A DNA stretch of 64,000 nt from Longimicrobiales bacterium (GTDB taxonomy: Bacteria; Gemmatimonadota; Gemmatimonadetes; Longimicrobiales; Gaopeijiaceae), in contig CAXXKM010000001.1 of assembly GCA_963664435.2 (NCBI GenBank), forward strand, positions 1,152,001 to 1,216,000, given 5' to 3'. Both the position numbers and the translations under genes were made by a program. Shown in pieces: positions 60,444-64,000 of this stretch. The number at the start of each line of letters is the position of its first letter. The first letter of the stretch is position 1. The notes under the pieces were generated by a model that searched no databases, had not been told where the DNA came from, and worked only from the letters and a program-made list of their open reading frames with translations.

Positions 60444-62090
60444 ATGAATGCGAAACTATTCATGAAGAGAATCATGGCGACCGGCACACTCGCTGGTGTC
60501 GTTTCTCTCGCCGCGTGTGATCTGGCGGTTTCCAACCCCGGGCCGGTGCAGGACGCGACGCTCAACCTCGAAGGCGCGTACCAGGGCATCGTGAACGGTG
60601 CCGTGCGGAGTGTCCAGGAGGGGTTCGACCAGTACGCGCTCCTGGGTGGGTCCATCGTGCACGATCTCATGCCGAGCGGGCACACCGGGGCAGCGGGCGT
60701 GCAGGTAGTCGAGGAAATCGCCGTCCTTACCGCTGAGAACAATGGAGCCGGTGGTGACTGGGGATCCCTCCACCGAGGTCGATGGATCGCCGAAGAGGCG
60801 GTTCGCCGCTTCACGGATCCCGAGGCGGAGACCCCTGGGTCGACTAGCCTGGTCGCCCAGGCGCACTTCTGGGCCGGCGCTGCGACAAGATACCTGGGCG
60901 AGAATGCCTGCACGGCCGTCTTTGATGGTGGTGCGCCAGAGCCCAAGCTGTCGCATTTCGATTACGCGATCAACCACTTCGATCAAGCGGTCTCGGTCGG
61001 CAACTCTGCTGGCGAGAGTACCCTCGTCACTGCCGCCATCGGCATGCGGGCAGCAGCGAAGCTGTTCAAGGGCGATTATAGTGGTGCCGCCGCCGATGCG
61101 AACCAGGTTCCGTTTGATTTTGTATTCCAGACGAGCTATACGGGGTTCGGCAACGAGTATTACGTGCTGTACGGCCACGTCCTTTCAGAGGGCTTCCAAT
61201 CCCTCTCGTATTGGGGCACTCCGGCGGGCGAACACTTCCTGCTGACGGGTGACTCGCGCGTGGCCTGGGGTTACGACAACGGGTCCCGGGAGGTCCGGGA
61301 GGGTTTGAGTCACGCCGACCGTGCTCAGAATCACCCGGCTCGCCCCACGTGGACGGCTCTCGTCCCCATGTTCTATCCTCTCAAGGGAATCGCGCCCCGT
61401 GACGCGAGTCGGGAGTTTCTCTTCTTCGAGCCCGACCGCGCCCAGCAGCGCGAGACACTGCAGGTCGATCTGATCGATGGCCGCGAAATGGAACTGATCA
61501 AAGCCGAGGTCGAGCTGCGCAACGGGAACTGGCAGGCCGCCATGGCGCACATCAACAACGTGCGCACCACCACGCCGGTCTATCCCATCGACATGACGGA
61601 TCCGAACAAGTTCGACCTGAAGCTGCATCCTCAGGAGCAGACGGACTGGGACGACAACCCGGAACTGGCCGCGTACTTCAATCAATTCGAATACGAATTG
61701 AAGGACTTCACCGAAGGCGCGATGATGGAGCCGATGGCCAACATGATGCTCGGTGACCGGATGATGGAGCCGGTTCATGCCATGAGCGCCGAAGAGGCGT
61801 GGGCTGCACTCAAGTTCGAACGGCTCATCGAGTTGACGCTGGAGGGCCGCCGTCTTGGCGATCGTTGGCGCTGGCGGAGAAACTCCGAGCCAGTGGCACC
61901 CTCATCCGGGCCTGGAGGCGAAGACACGCCGGGCGAATATCACCGGTTGGAGTTCATTCCACCGTCGCATGCGGCGCGGTACAACGTGCCGACCGACCCG
62001 CTAAACCTGTGCTTCCCGCTGCCTGTGGCGGAGAACGACACCAACGACAACGTTCCCGAGGACTACCGGGACTGGGTACCCAGGCCGTAG
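60444..62090 (+). CDS. RagB/SusD-like lipoprotein, copy 2
   Basis: AAGGAG RBS; lipobox SLAAC; EMELIKAE, INNVR, FERLIELTLEGRRLGDRWRW, CFPLP.AE. Confidence 0.88.
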   Translation: MNAKLFMKRIMATGTLAGVVSLAACDLAVSNPGPVQDATLNLEGAYQGIVNGAVRSVQEGFDQYALLGGSIVHDLMPSGHTGAAGVQVVEEIAVLTAENNGAGGDWGSLHRGRWIAEEAVRRFTDPEAETPGSTSLVAQAHFWAGAATRYLGENACTAVFDGGAPEPKLSHFDYAINHFDQAVSVGNSAGESTLVTAAIGMRAAAKLFKGDYSGAAADANQVPFDFVFQTSYTGFGNEYYVLYGHVLSEGFQSLSYWGTPAGEHFLLTGDSRVAWGYDNGSREVREGLSHADRAQNHPARPTWTALVPMFYPLKGIAPRDASREFLFFEPDRAQQRETLQVDLIDGREMELIKAEVELRNGNWQAAMAHINNVRTTTPVYPIDMTDPNKFDLKLHPQEQTDWDDNPELAAYFNQFEYELKDFTEGAMMEPMANMMLGDRMMEPVHAMSAEEAWAALKFERLIELTLEGRRLGDRWRWRRNSEPVAPSSGPGGEDTPGEYHRLEFIPPSHAARYNVPTDPLNLCFPLPVAENDTNDNVPEDYRDWVPRP

Positions 62091-62127
62091 ACCGAAACGA
62101 ACAGCAGGAGTCGTAGCGGCTCCGGAG

Positions 62128-62163
62128 GGGGGGGGGAGGGTGCTTCGGCACCCTCCCCCCCCC
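62128..62163 (+). terminator. Strong hairpin after SusD2 (16-bp stem, TTCG loop)
   Basis: G9AGGGTGC-TTCG-GCACCCTC9; only a weak T-rich tail (GATTGGTTTAAT). Confidence 0.6.
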
Positions 62164-62423
62164 GATTGGTTTAATGAGATCCGGCGCCGCCGCGAAATGG
62201 CCCGTTCTCCGCCGCATCACGCGGGTGCGCCGCGGCTCCGGTCTCGGCCCCGGGTCAGCCTCCATCTCGATGTCCTGGAAACGAACCGCCGGTTCTCAGG
62301 GTATCCCATGAACCTCGGGGTTGTCCCTGTTACTGCCCCCGGGTCGATGGATCAGCCGCAGTTGATGTCGGCCTCGCCGGGGCGATCCCCGCATCCGGCG
62401 ATGCTTCGTGAAGGAGAATCTCG

Positions 62424-63149
62424 ATGAACCGACGGTCGATTCCGCTTTCTTCGGCAGCGGTCGCCCTGCTGGCGGCTGCGCCGGTGCTGGGCCAGGCCGG
62501 CGGCTCCATCGTGGGCGAGGTGGTGGACAACGTCACCCTGGAGCCCATCGAGGGCGCCACCATAACGGTGGTGAGCCACGAACTCTCCGGCGGCACCAAC
62601 GAGGACGGTCATTTCTCCCTGCGCGACGTGCCGCCCGGCAACATCTCCGTGAGAGTCGAGCAACTGGGATACATCGCCATTGTGGGCGAGGTGGAGGTTC
62701 GAGCGAACGACGTGACCTTCGTGCAATTTCCGCTTTCTCCCATGGCCTTCCTGCTGGACGAGCTGCGCGTCGTCGCGGACAGGCACGAAGAGCCGGTGGA
62801 GGACGGCGGAATCTACACCGAGATCATACCCGACGACTCAGACTCGGCCCGCAATGCCCTGGAACTTCTGACCGCGCGGGTGCCTTCGCTGACGGTACGC
62901 ACGGATGCCATGGGCGGCGCCACGCGGAGCGAGATACGCATTCGAGGAAACGCCTCGGTCTCGCAGAGCAACATGCCTTCGATCTACATCGACGGGGCGA
63001 GAGCGGATATCGTCTACCTGGAGGACCTTTCCGCGACCGAAGTGCGCAGGATCCGCGTGCTGCGCGGCCCCTCTGCCGCCTCGCTCTACCCGGACGCGGC
63101 CAACGGTGTCATCGTGGTCGAGACCTGGCGGTCTCGCGGTGGAACCTGA
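62424..63149 (+). CDS. Carboxypeptidase-regulatory-like + TonB plug domain protein without beta-barrel
   Basis: AAGGAG RBS; signal peptide; PIEGATI, LDELRV, IRIRGNAS, PSIYIDG, IRVLRGPSAASLY.DAANGVIVVET. Confidence 0.8.
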   Translation: MNRRSIPLSSAAVALLAAAPVLGQAGGSIVGEVVDNVTLEPIEGATITVVSHELSGGTNEDGHFSLRDVPPGNISVRVEQLGYIAIVGEVEVRANDVTFVQFPLSPMAFLLDELRVVADRHEEPVEDGGIYTEIIPDDSDSARNALELLTARVPSLTVRTDAMGGATRSEIRIRGNASVSQSNMPSIYIDGARADIVYLEDLSATEVRRIRVLRGPSAASLYPDAANGVIVVETWRSRGGT

Positions 63150-63273
63150 GGCCGGATTCCCCCTCTTCCATCCCCAGCCATGCATCGCCGAGTGTCGCTA
63201 CCGTACCCACGGCCAGAGGGCTTGGGTACCTCTCCCTCGAAGCCGGTTGGCTTGGCAACCAAAGGAGCAAACC

Positions 63274-63516
63274 GTGACGGAGAACCGGAGCCCGTCCGCG
63301 GAGGAAATCCGCCAGATCGTCCGCGAGGAAGTTGGCAAACAAGTCATTCCCGAGGCCGAAATCCGCTGCATCATTCGTGAAGAAACCGGGCCCCGGTTCG
63401 ATTCCCTGGAGGGGAGGGTGGATGCGGTTCACCGCGATTTGTTGAGTCTGCGCTACGAGCTGCGCGGAGTGATCGACCCGGACTTCCCCCCGGTGAGGGC
63501 CAAGGTTCAAGGGTAG
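63274..63516 (+). CDS. Small hypothetical coiled-coil protein (80 aa)
   Basis: AAGGAG RBS + GTG; EEIRQIVREE / AEIRCIIREE repeat; RFDSLEGRVDAVHRDL. Confidence 0.55.
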   Translation: MTENRSPSAEEIRQIVREEVGKQVIPEAEIRCIIREETGPRFDSLEGRVDAVHRDLLSLRYELRGVIDPDFPPVRAKVQG

Positions 63517-63598
63517 CAAGAGCAGCACGACCGCCATCGCCGGGAACGGCAAATGATCACGGGTGTGCATGAGCGAATGGCGCCTGTGTCGCTCCTTG

Positions 63599-64000
63599 TC
63601 ACCCGTCGGAAATCAGCGGTGACAGGTTGCTCGCCAGCAGGCGCCGGTTGAACTCGGCGACTTCCCCTTCGAACAATTCATCGACCTGTGCCCGATACTC
63701 CGCGACCTCTCCGTTCAGCAGCCGCTGGACCTCGCCCGCCTGGTCCGTCGGAGGAAAGTCCCCGTTCATGATGGCGCCGGCCAGGTAGCGCAGCTCCTCG
63801 GCCAGCTTCGGCGCCCAGCGCACGCCGTCCTGCCCCGTGCCCGTGGTGACGCGCAATTCCTGCGACTGGCTCTGCTCGCCATCCACCTCGAGCGTGACGG
63901 TGTAGGTGCCCGGCGGCATGAGCATCGAGAGCCCCTGCCCGCCGGAGCGCGTGCGGTCGTCGCCGAGGTCCACCCAGTCGGCGTAGAGCGGCTTGGTGCG
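63599..64000 (-). CDS. C-terminus of a large BNR/VPS10-like glycosyl-hydrolase-type protein (partial)
   Basis: Frame open to the window edge; PPGTYTVTLEVDG, GQDGVRW, DFPPTDQ, FNRRL motifs recalled from this family. Confidence 0.6.
   Translation of the reverse strand, partial: RTKPLYADWVDLGDDRTRSGGQGLSMLMPPGTYTVTLEVDGEQSQSQELRVTTGTGQDGVRWAPKLAEELRYLAGAIMNGDFPPTDQAGEVQRLLNGEVAEYRAQVDELFEGEVAEFNRRLLASNLSPLISDG

Noticed and set aside
62127..62163. G10 and C9 runs as phase-variation tracts
   Set aside because: Intergenic and mutually complementary; better explained as a hairpin stem

Overview
High-GC bacterial chromosomal window. The gene content (SusC/SusD-like pairs, DUF1592/DUF1552/ankyrin modules, many PD40-S9 peptidases) suggests a Gemmatimonadota-like organism; this is inference. 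The main result is an 8,874-bp integrative mobilisable element bounded by an identical 9-bp direct repeat (GTTGCGGTA at 5424-5432 and 14298-14306). It splits a DPP-IV-like S9 peptidase gene exactly on the codons Tyr-Arg-Asn, so precise excision would regenerate an intact 791-aa ORF with its signal peptide. The element joins a ColE1-type mobilisation cassette (mobC/mbeC, relaxase with overprinted mbeB- and mbeD-like genes) to a tyrosine integrase. Its cargo is two pairs of small secreted HExxH zinc protein plus lipoprotein, with decayed mobC and IS110 relics. The rest of the window holds an internally deleted hicA with intact hicB, glutamate dehydrogenase, a K+ channel, a PQQ sugar dehydrogenase, a double HpcH-like lipoprotein, a GT4, two paralogous CDF transporters (one lacking its transport-site ligands), further peptidases/hydrolases, and two copies of a [diheme DUF1592 - DUF1552 - ankyrin-CxxC] module, each followed closely by a SusC/SusD-like pair. 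I saw no rRNA, tRNA or CRISPR array. All family calls come from motif recognition, not database searches.
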